Of a stretch of DNA of 64,000 nt, positions 53,160-64,000 are shown one piece after another. The position numbers and the translations under genes were made by a program. Source of the DNA: Mobula hypostoma (taxonomy: Eukaryota); the NCBI RefSeq assembly GCF_963921235.1, contig NC_086107.1, forward strand, positions 95,420,001-95,484,000, in the 5' to 3' direction. The notes below the pieces were generated by a model, which made no database searches, had not been told where the DNA came from, and saw nothing but the letters and a program-made list of their open reading frames with translations. Position 1 is the stretch's first letter, and each line of letters starts with the position of its first letter.

Positions 53160-53995
53160 TGGACAATCACCATAGCATCTGTCATAGAATGGTTCTATTG
53201 GTAAGCATGACTTAGCATCTATCATGCGCCTGACGCCTAGAGAACCAGGACATTTATGTCAAAATGCTGTTTCTGGATTTCAATTCAGCATTCAACACTA
53301 TTGTCCCACAGACCTTGGTGAACAAACTGCTACTTCTTGTTCCAAGTACACCACTGTGTAACTGGGTATTGGACTTCCTAACGAAGAGACTGTAGATGGT
53401 CAAGATGCACAACCGCTCCTTGTTCCCCATTATCCTCGACAAGAGTGCCCCCCCCCCCCCCCCGGGCTATGTGCTGAGCTCATTGTTGTACTTCCTGCTC
53501 ACATATAACTGTATGGCCAAACCTCCAAGCAATTGTATCGCCAGGTTCGCTGATGACATGACAGTCGTGGGGTTCATCAACGATGATGTAATGGCTTACA
53601 GAGAGAAGATGGAAGAGTTTGAGGCCTCGTGACAGGCAAATAACTTGTTCTTTAAATGTCGACAAGACTAAGGAGGTGGTTATTGACTTCAGGAGAACTC
53701 ACACCACCTACGCTCCTCTTTACATTGGCAGCAGAGCAGTAGAAGCTGCAAGCAGTTTCAAATTCCTGGGAGTGCACATCACACACAACCTCTCATGGTC
53801 CCAGAACGCATCCTACATAGTCAAGAAAGTTTGTCAATGCCTCTACTTTTTGAGGAGGTTGAAGAAAGTTGGACTTTGCACATCCATACTCTCGTCATTC
53901 TGCAGTAGAGAGAATTCTGACAAGGTACATATCTGCTTGGTACAGAAACTGCACTGTGGCAGACAGGAGGGCTCTACAATGGGTAGCACCATCAA
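53160..53995 (+). mobile_element. Rex1/Babar-type LINE RT fragment (others at ~9285-9915 -, 40975-41660 -, 54970-55385 +)
   Basis: [57 protein letters not shown]. Confidence 0.85.
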
Positions 53996-54002
53996 GCATA
54001 TA

Positions 54003-54745
54003 CAGTGCCTATAAAAAGTATTCACCTCCCCTCCCCTTGGAAGTTTTCATGTTTTATAACATTTTTATTGTTTTACAAACAGATCTCTAGAAAGTGATCT
54101 AAATTAGTTACGAATATAAAACACAAAATAATTGCCCAAGTATTCAACCCTCCCTTTAAAATAACATACCAAATTATCACTGGTGCAGCCAATTGGTTTT
54201 AGAAGTCATATAATTAGTTAAATAGAGATCACCAGTGCCCAGTCAAGGTGTTTCAATTGCTTGTAGTTAAAGTACACCAGTATTTGGAATGTCTAACTAC
54301 TGGTGAGTCAGTACCCTGGTTAACAACTACACAAAGACAAAAGAATACTTCAGTAATTCCATGAAAAGGTTATTGAATAGCACAAGTCAGGAGATGAATA
54401 TAAGAAAATTTTCAAGTCACCGAATATCCCTTGGGGTACAGTTAAGTCAATCATCAAGACATGGAAAGAATATGGCACAGCTGTAAAGCTGCCTAGATCT
54501 GGCTGTCTTCAAACTGAGTGACCATGCAAGAAGGGGACTAGTGAGGGAGGCCACCAAGAGATCTATGACAACTCTGGAGGAGTTACAAGCTTCAATGGCT
54601 GAGATTGGAGAGACTGCATAGAGAACAACTGTTGCTCGGATGCTTCACCATTCACAACTTTATGGGAGAGTGGCAAAGAGAGCCACTGTTGGTGGGGAAA
54701 AAAAACTTGTGAAATCTCATCTAGAGTTTGCCAGAAGGCATGTGA
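54003..54745 (+). mobile_element. Second, truncated copy of the IR/DR Tc1 family
   Basis: TA-CAGTGCCTATAAAAAGTATTCACC; colinear with 42843-~43640. Confidence 0.88.
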
Positions 54746-55740
54746 GATTAGATATTTGCATTAAGGAGCAGTTGTATCAAAAAGAAAAGAAACTACTCTG
54801 TATATATTTCAAGGATTTAGTTGAAAATGTGAATGGATGGGTTAGTAAGTTTGCATATGACAGCTAGAGTAGTGGACATGGTAGGCTTGTTTTCTCTGGA
54901 GTGGTAAAGACTAAGGGGAGACCTGATAACAATTTGTAAAATTGAGAGTTACAGAGTAGACAGCTGACAGCTAACGGACTGGAAGTGCACTGAGAGCGGT
55001 AAGCGTAAAGGAGTTGGGTGCTTACTGTTCTGGTTAACAACGGATGGTGCAATCCGGGTCATATTACGATCGAGGAATGTGTTTGTAGACCGGATATTGA
55101 ACTTTTTGCTGTTGGACCCCGGCCATATTCCACCAAGATACAACACTGGGCGTCACGGGAGGTGATCCTGCCTGTGGCCATCGAACTTTGCAGCTCCTCC
55201 CGTGCAGGGACAGACACCCTGAGCCAATAGGCTGGTCCTGGACTTATTTCCATCTGGCATAGTTTGCATTTTGTTGTTTGATTGTTTGTCGTTTTTGTAT
55301 TGCTATATTTATGCTCTATTCTTGGTTGGTGCGGCTGTAACGAAACCCAATTTCCCTTGGGATCAATAAAGTATATCTATCTATCTTTTTGTCAAGATTA
55401 AAACATTTAATATGAGAGGACATTTATTTAAAGTGAGAGGGGCAAGTTTATTTTATACAGAATTATAGCCACCTGGAATTTGCTGTTGTGATGGATATGT
55501 TGGAGGTTTTTAAAAAATTTATATTTAAGATGGCACATAAATATGCAGAGAATGGAGGGTTATGGATCATGTGTAGGCAAAGGGGATTAGTTTCATTAGG
55601 TGCCATTAGCTTAAAGAGTTTGGCACAACATTCTGAGTCGAAAGGCCTGTTTCTGTGCTGTAAAGTTCTGTGAAGCAAACATTTATTTTTAATACTTGGT
55701 TAATGAATCCTGGTTTTGATGGTCCGTTTTGTATTTGTAG

Positions 55741-55921
55741 GAGAAGTATATGTATCCAGAATCATTGCGTATCTGGAAGAAGTAACTGGTGAAAGCTGTG
55801 AGAAAGGCCAGTTAGGAATGCTGCAAAAAATGCTAAATCCAGAAGAGAAAGATGTTGCAGTGAATTTAGGAACCTTTCACAATGTTATGAAACAGTGGAT
55901 TGCTGAATGTAGAGAGGGGGG
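55741..55921 (+). CDS. KASH5: KASH5/CCDC155-like exon, EF-hand-like domain (GEVYVSRIIAYLEEVTGESCEKGQLGMLQKMLNPEEKDVAVNLGTFHNVMKQWIAECREGG)
   Basis: Acceptor tttgtatttgtag|, donor GGG|gtaagt, 181 nt, in frame with the previous exon. AYLEEVTG and TFHNVMKQWIAEC match KASH5 motifs AYLEAVTG and TFLVVMRDWIAAC (recalled). Confidence 0.85.
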
Positions 55922-58369
55922 GTAAGTATCGCATTTTGCATAAAATCTATGTATCATTTCAAAAAGGGATTTACTGTATAAATTATGAAGTTTAGCATTT
56001 CTGAATTTAATCCAACTGTATGCTGATTTCACTGAACGAAGCATTGAATGATAAGGGTGATGAATTTAGTGTATGGAGCAGTACATTGAAAGATTGTTAT
56101 TAATATTAGAAACTTGATTGAGAGAGAAGGGACTGGATGCTTAATTTACCAGTATTTCGATACTTTAGAAAAGATGGGGAGGGAAAAGAAAGGTTGGAGT
56201 TTATTTATTTTATTTATTTAGAAGATGCAGAAAGGCTCTTCTAGCCATTTGAGCCACACCACCCAGGAACCCCAGACAAACCCAGATTTAACCTTATCCT
56301 TATCATGGGCCAATTTACAATGATCAGTTAACCTACTAACTCATATGTCTTTGGACTGAGGAAGGAAACTGGAGTATCTGGAGAAAACCCACACATTCCA
56401 CAGAGAGGACAAACTATATATCATAGTTATATAGCACAGCTGTACCGAGTGGACATGGATGGTTCATGCATTGAGTACAACTCAAAAGTAGGGAAGGTGC
56501 AATCACTCTGGGATTATACTACAACCCAACCCCCTCCCCCCACCCCCATAGTCACCAGGACATTGAGGAACAGATATGTAGAAAGATGATGGAGTGATGC
56601 AAAAATAACAGGAATCTTGTGAACATATATACTAATATATACTGGGTGCTGCTTAGTGCAAGTGGTTTAGACAGGCACAATTTGTTAGGTGCATCCAAGA
56701 GGGTTTCTTAAATCAGTTCAACTCAAGGGAACATGTTGTACCTAGTACTGGCAAGTTAAACTGATGTTTCAGTGGAAGAACATTTAGCAAACTGGTCACA
56801 ATTCTGAAGGTCAAAATGTTGTGTGCAAATACATTTGTGTTCGGGTGCAACGAAAGTCTACATGCAGCAGCACTGCATGCACATAGCATCATAAGCAACA
56901 TTCACATGAAAGAATATAAATTGTACATAATTTATACAAGAAGGAACACAGTTAGAATAAAATGACTATTTTATTGCAAAATAATCAAAGTAATCATAGT
57001 GTTGCTAAACTATAGTGACTGGGGTGTTGCCAGTTGATTCAAGAACTGAATGATTGGAAATAATCTTGAATCTTGTGCGGTGAGACTTGACTTCTGTGCC
57101 TCCTGCCCCAATCTTAGCTGCAAATAATTGGCATGTAACAGATGGTGGGGATTTTTGATGGACATTGCGTTGCTGAGGCAGCACCTCCTTTAAACAGTCA
57201 TGATGTAGAGGGATGTGCCCATATGTATTGTGCAAATTGCAAATTAAAAGCTACTCTCTGCAGCTGATTAAGTTCTTGCACATATGAATTGCTGTATCAG
57301 ACCATGATGCAACCAGTTAGGATACATCTGTCGAAGTTTGTTAGAATATACAGCAATGAACCAAATGTTCTTAAGCTCCTAACAAAGTAAGGATGCTGGC
57401 ATACCTTCCTTGTATCTTTAGGTAGCCATGGAAAAAGATAAGTATGGATCTTGTGAGAGAGTATTACATTGGGGCATGGCAAACTACGAGAGTATTAGGC
57501 AGTGTTGGTCAGAAAGAACTACAGTCTACAAATCAGTGAATTTGAATGAACAGTGGAAGCAGACAGTGTTCTTGCCATGAGCTTGAAGGATGGAGGCTAC
57601 TGTGCATCCTCCATTTTGTGACCTGAAGTTGCTTGGCTTGATCAGTGTTTTTAAAGTAGGCTTAATGATGCTCCAGGTAATCTGTTGGACTGGAGATAAT
57701 TTCCAAATAAGTTATTTGTGAGCTGTTTGATGTAATATAACATGAAAGTTTGTGAATGGTGTGGTCTGTGTCTGCCCTGAGTAATTAGAGCTGTTTACAG
57801 GTTTGAGCTGGAGTCAAAGAACAATGTGCCATAAATTCCCAATTGTCATTTGTGGAAGAAGAGCAATAAGTGGATGCTGGCTTGGACTAGAGCCAATAAG
57901 AAGGTGCTAAGTGTCAGTCTGTCAGTCAGATAACCTGTAGCCAATAATACTGAAAGGCAACGTTTGAACTAGAAGATTACAAAGTGTTTTTAGCTACATA
58001 AAGGGTAAAAACGGTTTATCAAGTGATCATAATGCTGTTAGTTTCAAGATGATTATGGAGAAAGAAAAGTCTGGTGCTTTGGTTGAGATTCTAAATTGGA
58101 GAAAGGCCAATTCTGATAGTATCAGAAAGGATCTGGTAAGTGTGGATTGGGACAGATTGTTTTCTAGCAAAGGCGTGTTTTGGTAAGTGGGAGGCTTTTT
58201 GAGAAATTTTGAGAGTACAGAGTTTGTATTTTCCTGTCATACTGAAAGGCTAAGGAACTAAGAAATGCAAGTGAACACTGAAAGAGATCGAGGGCTAAAC
58301 GGAGGCATGGAGTTACTCTAGCAGACAAGGAAAAGGAGAATCCCAAAGGTGCTTGCAGATGTGTTACGA

Positions 58370-60100
58370 GCCCTTGATTTCTGAATTTGTTCCCTGTTTA
58401 GAAAATAGTCTGCACCTTTATTCCTTCTTCTGAAGTACATGACCATACACTTCCCTACAGTGTATTCCATTTGCCACTTTGTCCATTCTCCTAATCCATT
58501 TTAAGTCCTCCCTGCTTCCTTAACATGATCTGTCCTCCACATATCTTTGTATCATCCATAAACTTGGCAACAAAGCTGACAATTCTGTCACCTAAATCAT
58601 TGACATAACATGAAAAGAAGTGATCTCAATTAGTCACCAGCAGCCAACTAGAAAAGGCCCCCTTTATTCCCACTCTGCCTCGTTTCAGTCAGCTAATCAT
58701 CTATCCATGCTAGTATCTTTACTGTAATAACCGTGGGTTCTATCTTTGACAGCCTCGTATGCAGGACCTTGTCAAAAGCTTTCTGAAAATCAAAGTAAAC
58801 AATATCCACCGACTTTGCTTTGTCTATCCTGCCTGATGTTTCCTCAAAGAATTCCAACAGATTTGTCAGGCAAGATTTTCCGTCAGGAAACCGTGCTGGG
58901 TGAATTTGGCCAGTTTTATCATGTGCCTCCAAGTGCTCAGAAACCTCAAAGTTCAAAGTAAATTTATTATCGAAGTACATATGTCACTATATAGAACCCT
59001 GCAATTCATTTTCTTGTGGGTATTCACAGTAAATACAAAGAAACAGCAAAAGACAAGGAAAATAGTAATAATAAATACACATTAAATATCGAGAACATGA
59101 AATGAAGAATTCTTGAAAATGAATCCACAGGTTGTGGGGAAGTTTAGTGTAGCGGTGAGTGAAGTTATCCCCTCTGGTTGAAGAGTCTGATGATTTAAGG
59201 AGTAAAAGCTTCTTGACCTTGGTAGCATAGGTTTTGAGGTTCCACTATCACTTTCCTGATGGCAGTGGCGAGATGAAAGCATGGCCTGGATGGTGAGGGT
59301 CTCTGATGGATGCTGCTTTCCTGTGACAGCACTCCATGTAAATGTGTTCATGGTGAGTAGGGTTTTACTCATGATGGCCTTGGCTGTAAATACTACTTTT
59401 TATAGGCTTTTCTATTCAAGGGCATTGGTGTTTCCATACCAGGCCATGATGCAGCCAGTCAATGTACTCTCCACCGCACATCTATAGAAGTTTGTTAAAG
59501 TTTTGGAAGCCATGCCGAATCTTTCCAAACTTCTAAGAAAGTAGAGGCTTTGCCATACTTTGTAATAACACATATGTGCTAGACCCAGGATAGAGCCTGT
59601 GAAATAACACTAAGGATGAGGCCTAGATCACATCTTTAATAATGGTGTCCAACATCTTCCCAACCATAGAAGTCAAGAAAACTTGCCTATAATTTGTATT
59701 TTGCCTCCTTCCCTTGAAGAAAGTGGAATGACATTTGCAATTATCTAGTCCTCTAGAATAATTTGAAAACCTAGTGATTCTTGAAAGATCACTCCACATT
59801 CTCTTCAGCTACCTCTTTCAGAACCCTGGGGTGCAGTCTATCTGATGCAGGTAACATATCTACCTTCAAACCTGTCAGCTTTCCAAGCAGCTTCTCCTTA
59901 GTAATAGCAACTACACTCAGTTTTGCTCCCTAGCACTAGAATATCTGGCATGTTGCGGGTGTCTTCCACAGTAAAGACTGATGCAAGATATTTATTAAAT
60001 TTAGCTACTATTTCTTTGTCTTGATTACTATCTTGACTGTCATTTTCCAGTGGTCTGATATCCAATCTCACCTCTTCTCTTTATATATCTGAAAATACCT
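58370..60100 (-). mobile_element. CR1 RT fragment interrupted by a Rex1/L2-type 3' fragment (~58948-59620)
   Basis: KSCLTNLLEFFEE..VYFDFQKAFDKV; the insert ends caaagttcaaagtaaatttatt. Confidence 0.75.
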
Positions 60101-61387
60101 TGTCCTCTGCAACTAGATTGCTCAACTTTTTCATCAGGGTGCTTAATCAGTACAGATTGGTAACAGATTCTCCTTTCCATTCTCCATCTTTCTTCTTTGA
60201 TTCCATGCTCTCTCTATAAGATGATTCCCCATTCTTTTCCCCATGCTCTCTAGAATGTTTCCAAGACAGCCTTATGGCTAATTCAACAAGCCTAACTTAA
60301 TCAACTGAACTTCTAATTTAAACCGCAAAAATGAAATACTTGATTGTATAATGTAATTAAAGGAGAAAATCTGTAAAAAAAAAAAAAAAATACCCGACAG
60401 CATAACAATTAATAAAATAATGCCTGGTCTTAAACTAGGGTATTGCAGCTGCATGCGTAGTTTCTTGCACTACTGTCTGTACGTAATAAGCCCAACTGCA
60501 CTGACACACACTGTGCTGGGTGAATTGGAGGTAATGGTGAGTTGAATTACCAGAGTATAATTCATTATAGATTTCAGGAAGGTGAATTTGAGAGACATGC
60601 ACCACTCCTCATGAGGAGTCAGTTGTGGAAAAGTTGAGCAGCTTTGTTTTTAGGTGTCAGCACTCTGAGGATCTATCTTGGCTTAAGGCATTGATGCAAT
60701 TGTGAATAAAGTATGCCAGTGGTTTGACTTTTTTAGGAGTTTGAAGAGATACAATATGTCAACAAAGGCTTTCACATTTTTACATGTGTATGGTGAACAT
60801 TCTGACTGGTTGTATCACTGCCTGTTGGGAGTCTCTAATGCAGTATTGAAAGAGACTGCAGAGGGCTATAGACTTGTGTAACAAAAATATTGTAAAATTC
60901 ATACCTTGTTCTTTCCTGATTCAGCAGCAAGAGGTATCATCAAACAGGATGTATTACATGAGTATTCAAAGTTGTAGGAAGTTACTTTATAGGAGTTATA
61001 TAAACAAAGAATTGTAATCAGGTGGTGGTGAAACAAAATAATACTTACCAACCAATCATTGAGCTAATTTATATAATGCTAGAGGGAACCTCAGGTGTCC
61101 CAACAGGTTTTCCCCTTCTGTTCCCTCCCCCCCCCACTGTTCATCCCATCTCCCCCAACAAACGGATTGTTCATTATGATCTATTCTCAAATCTTCTATT
61201 AGTTCTTAAAACATTCCTAGTTTCCAAGCTAATTTCATTTTGTCTTACATCCTTCATTTTATATTATGTACATAGCAAGGAGAAATCAATTTTGACTTAT
61301 GGCTAATTTTACTCTTTATTTATACTCCATCCCTTGGTTCCTCATTAGACAAAAGCAATGCATTACATTACATTCCTATATGTCAGT

Positions 61388-61905
61388 CCATGACCATCTC
61401 TAATGCTAGGATGAGGCCACACTCAGGTTGGAGGGGCAAAACCTCATATCCTACCTGGGTAGCCTCTGACCTGTTGGCATGAATGTTGATTTCTTGAATT
61501 TCCAGTAATTTCCCCCCTCCTCTCCTTCACTGTCCCCCATTTGTGTTTTTCCCCCTCTCACCATATCTCCTTACCTGCCCATCACCTCTTTTTGGTGCTC
61601 CTTCTCCCCTTTCCCTTTCTATGATCTTCTCCAGTCTTCTTTCCTCTCCTATCAGGTTCCCCCTTCTCCTTTATCATTTCACCAATTAACTTCCCAGCTC
61701 TTAAATTCACCCCCTCCACCTCTTCTGGTTTTATCTATCACCTGCCACCTTGTTCTTCTTCCTCCCCTCTCCCCACCTTTTTACTCTGACCTTCCTTTAC
61801 AGTCTGAGGAAGGGTCTCGGACCAAAATGTTGACTGTTTACTCTTTTCCATAGATGGTGCTGCCTGGCCTGCTGAGTACCTCCAACATTTTGAGTGTGTT
61901 GCCAT
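61388..61905 (+). mobile_element. Penelope-like 3' fragment (decayed hammerhead 61800-61836)
   Basis: Similar to ~18640-19110. Confidence 0.75.
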
Positions 61906-62790
61906 TGGAAACGAATGTGTTGGCCAAGGTTATTACAGCATATCACTTCTTTTCTCCCTTGAGACATATTCCCTCCACTAAAGTCCCTGGGATGACAGCA
62001 GTTAATGGTGTGTTGTGCATTTTTAGGTGGCAATAATCAACTGTCATTCTCCAGCTGCCATCTGTTTTCATCACTGGCCAAGCAGGAATGTTGTACTTTG
62101 TAGATGTATGCTTGATCATACCTTGTTTTAATAACTGCTGTAGTGTCTGAAACCTTTGAGTCGCATCCTCGAAGGATGCTCCATTTGCAATGCCAGGACC
62201 GAAAATAAGACCCACCTCCCCTATAAGTGTGTGGATGTATACTGGACTAATCTGTTCACACGTCCCTGATTCAGTATCTCTTTATTCAGGCCATCCCACC
62301 CTGATCTATGGTACATCCCCGTAACTACAGATCATGATACTCTCGTCTGTGGTGTGCCAAGGTGTACCCTATTGTTCGCAGTGTAATGCAGAGGGATAAA
62401 CCCTCAACTGTCTACTGGACTTGTGCAAACAGTCTGTATGTTCCTCTTTCTTATTCTGCATCTTATTAACAGAACCTTTTGTAGAAAGAGGAAACAAAGT
62501 GTTATCTTCCTCCATAGTCAGATACACTGTTCCAGCACAACCATGAGGCAAGAGATTCCCCAGTCATTTGTACAGATTTATCCAGAATGGCTTTCTTCTC
62601 AGTCTTTCACACCTTGGTCATGCTTTTCTCCTGTTTACAACAACTCTGGATGGTGGTTTTATGACTGTGGACTGTCACTGGATGGGCCTGGGCTATCAAG
62701 TTCTCATATGTGAAACTGCTCATACTACTTCAGTGGGAGATCCTCAGGGCCATGCCAAATATTGCCATTCCAGCTATCTAGCATGAAACT
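61905..62790 (-). mobile_element. Endogenous retrovirus relic, class III/ERV-L-like (gag-like plus RT N-terminus)
   Basis: NIPAWPVMKTDGSWRMTVDY..PLTAVIP..KK*YAVITLANTFVS resembles ERV-L RT (PIWPVQKTDGSWRMTVDY..WYAAIDLANAFFS, recalled). Confidence 0.7.
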
Positions 62791-63257
62791 TATTTCTTAC
62801 AACTGTTTTATTATGTATTACAAAAGCAAAGAAATATCTAGAGAATAGTGAAAAGGCAAACTAAATAGTAGTTGTGGTCTCCAGACCAGACCAGAGATAA
62901 CAAAATTCTTTTGATAACAATTAACCTGTAAACAGCCAGATTAATGTGATATGACATTTCTCACTGAAAACCAAGAAGTTTCTAGAAAAATACAGAAGCA
63001 ACTGCATTATAATTACTGGAAAATTCATTGAATGTGTATGGACGAATATATACAAGTACGAACAAGCATTGTAGAGTTAAACTACAAATATTTTAAAAAA
63101 AATTCTACACCCCAATACAACAGATGGGGTCTGGGTCCTGATCCATCAGCCTTGCCAAATCCTCCTGGCATGATTTAATCAGTTTACACACTAGGATGGT
63201 TTGCTGGGTTTCATCTTTTTCAGCTTGTTCATAGATTAGTCAGTTAAGGTGAAATTC

Positions 63258-63890
63258 TCAACACAATAGATTTTGCAGATGTTGGCAATCCAGAGCAGCG
63301 CACACAAAATACTGGAGCTGGAGGAACTCAACAGGTTCGGCAGCATCTGTGGAAATGAATAAGCAATTGACGTTTAGGTCCAAGACTCTTCTTCAGGCTG
63401 GAAAGCAAGGGCTAAGACACCAGAATAAAAAGGTGGTGGAGGGGAAGGAGGATAGCTGGAAGGTGATAGGTGAAGGGCTGGAGAAGAAGGAACCTGATAG
63501 GAGAGGAGAGTGGACCATGGGAGAGAAGGAAGAAAGAGGGCACTAGGAGGAAGTGATAGGCAAGTGAGGAGAGAGGTAAGAGGAGGGCCAGAGTGGAAAC
63601 TAGAAGAGGGAGGGGAAAAATTACCGGAAGGAGAAATTTTTGTTCATGCATCATGTTGCGGGATACTTAGACAGGATATGAGGTGTTGCTCTTCCACCCT
63701 GAGAGTGGCCTCATCGTGGCAGAAGAGGAGGCCGTTGACCAGCATTTCAGAATGGTAATGGGTATAGGAATGAAGTGGTTGGCCACTGGAAAATTCTGCT
63801 TTTGGCAGATGGAGTGGAGGTGCTAGACAAAGCTGTCCCCCAATTTACGTTGGGTCTCAATGATGTAAAGGAGGCTGCATCAGGAGCACC
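63258..63890 (-). mobile_element. Penelope-like 3' fragment (GIY-YIG part, decayed hammerhead 63364-63400)
   Basis: Similar to ~3780-4490. Confidence 0.75.
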
Positions 63891-64000
63891 TGCTGCTCTA
63901 GGGTTATCTAGGATGGCCCCTCAATTGCTCTGCTGCCTTTATGTGCCATATGTATTTTTCCAGCCACATGGCAAAATCCATAAAGCCATACCCTTACTCT

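Noticed and set aside
57801..57834. Possible next KASH5-like exon (tttacag|G FELESKNNVP*)
   Set aside because: Phase fits, but the frame hits a stop and there is no good donor.
60375..60390. Poly-A run as a possible retrocopy tail
   Set aside because: No upstream coding similarity or TSD found.
1..64000. CRISPR arrays, operons, rRNA or prokaryotic defence systems
   Set aside because: None seen. Repeats are dispersed eukaryotic transposons, with no regular repeat-spacer periodicity.

Overview
Eukaryotic, repeat-saturated vertebrate DNA. The mix of CR1, Rex1/L2-clade, RTE, R4/Dong, Penelope-like, Tc1 and HE1/V-SINE-like elements suggests a cartilaginous fish, probably a ray; this is inference. 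There are no prokaryotic features, and almost all ORF-track entries are decayed transposon fragments or noise. Host content: a CpG-island promoter at about 29.3-30.1 kb drives a + strand gene. Four phase-compatible coding exons (30107-30147, 33959-34086, 45837-45953, 55741-55921) splice into a 155-aa N-terminus ending in the EF-hand-like domain of the KASH5/CCDC155-LRMP family. Possible 3' exons of a second, unidentified + strand gene lie at about 1.7-2.0 and 14.3-14.5 kb. Mobile DNA highlights: (1) a full-length but frameshifted Ty3/Gypsy element (48429-52768; 4-bp TSD, tRNA-Trp PBS); (2) an IR/DR Tc1 carrying nested insertions; (3) a chromodomain Gypsy relic; (4) a class III (ERV-L-like) retroviral relic; (5) about nine Penelope-associated minimal type I hammerhead ribozyme motifs, including ~170-180 bp TSD-flanked fold-back mini-elements. 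Repeat-fragment boundaries are approximate unless a TSD, LTR or TIR is cited.
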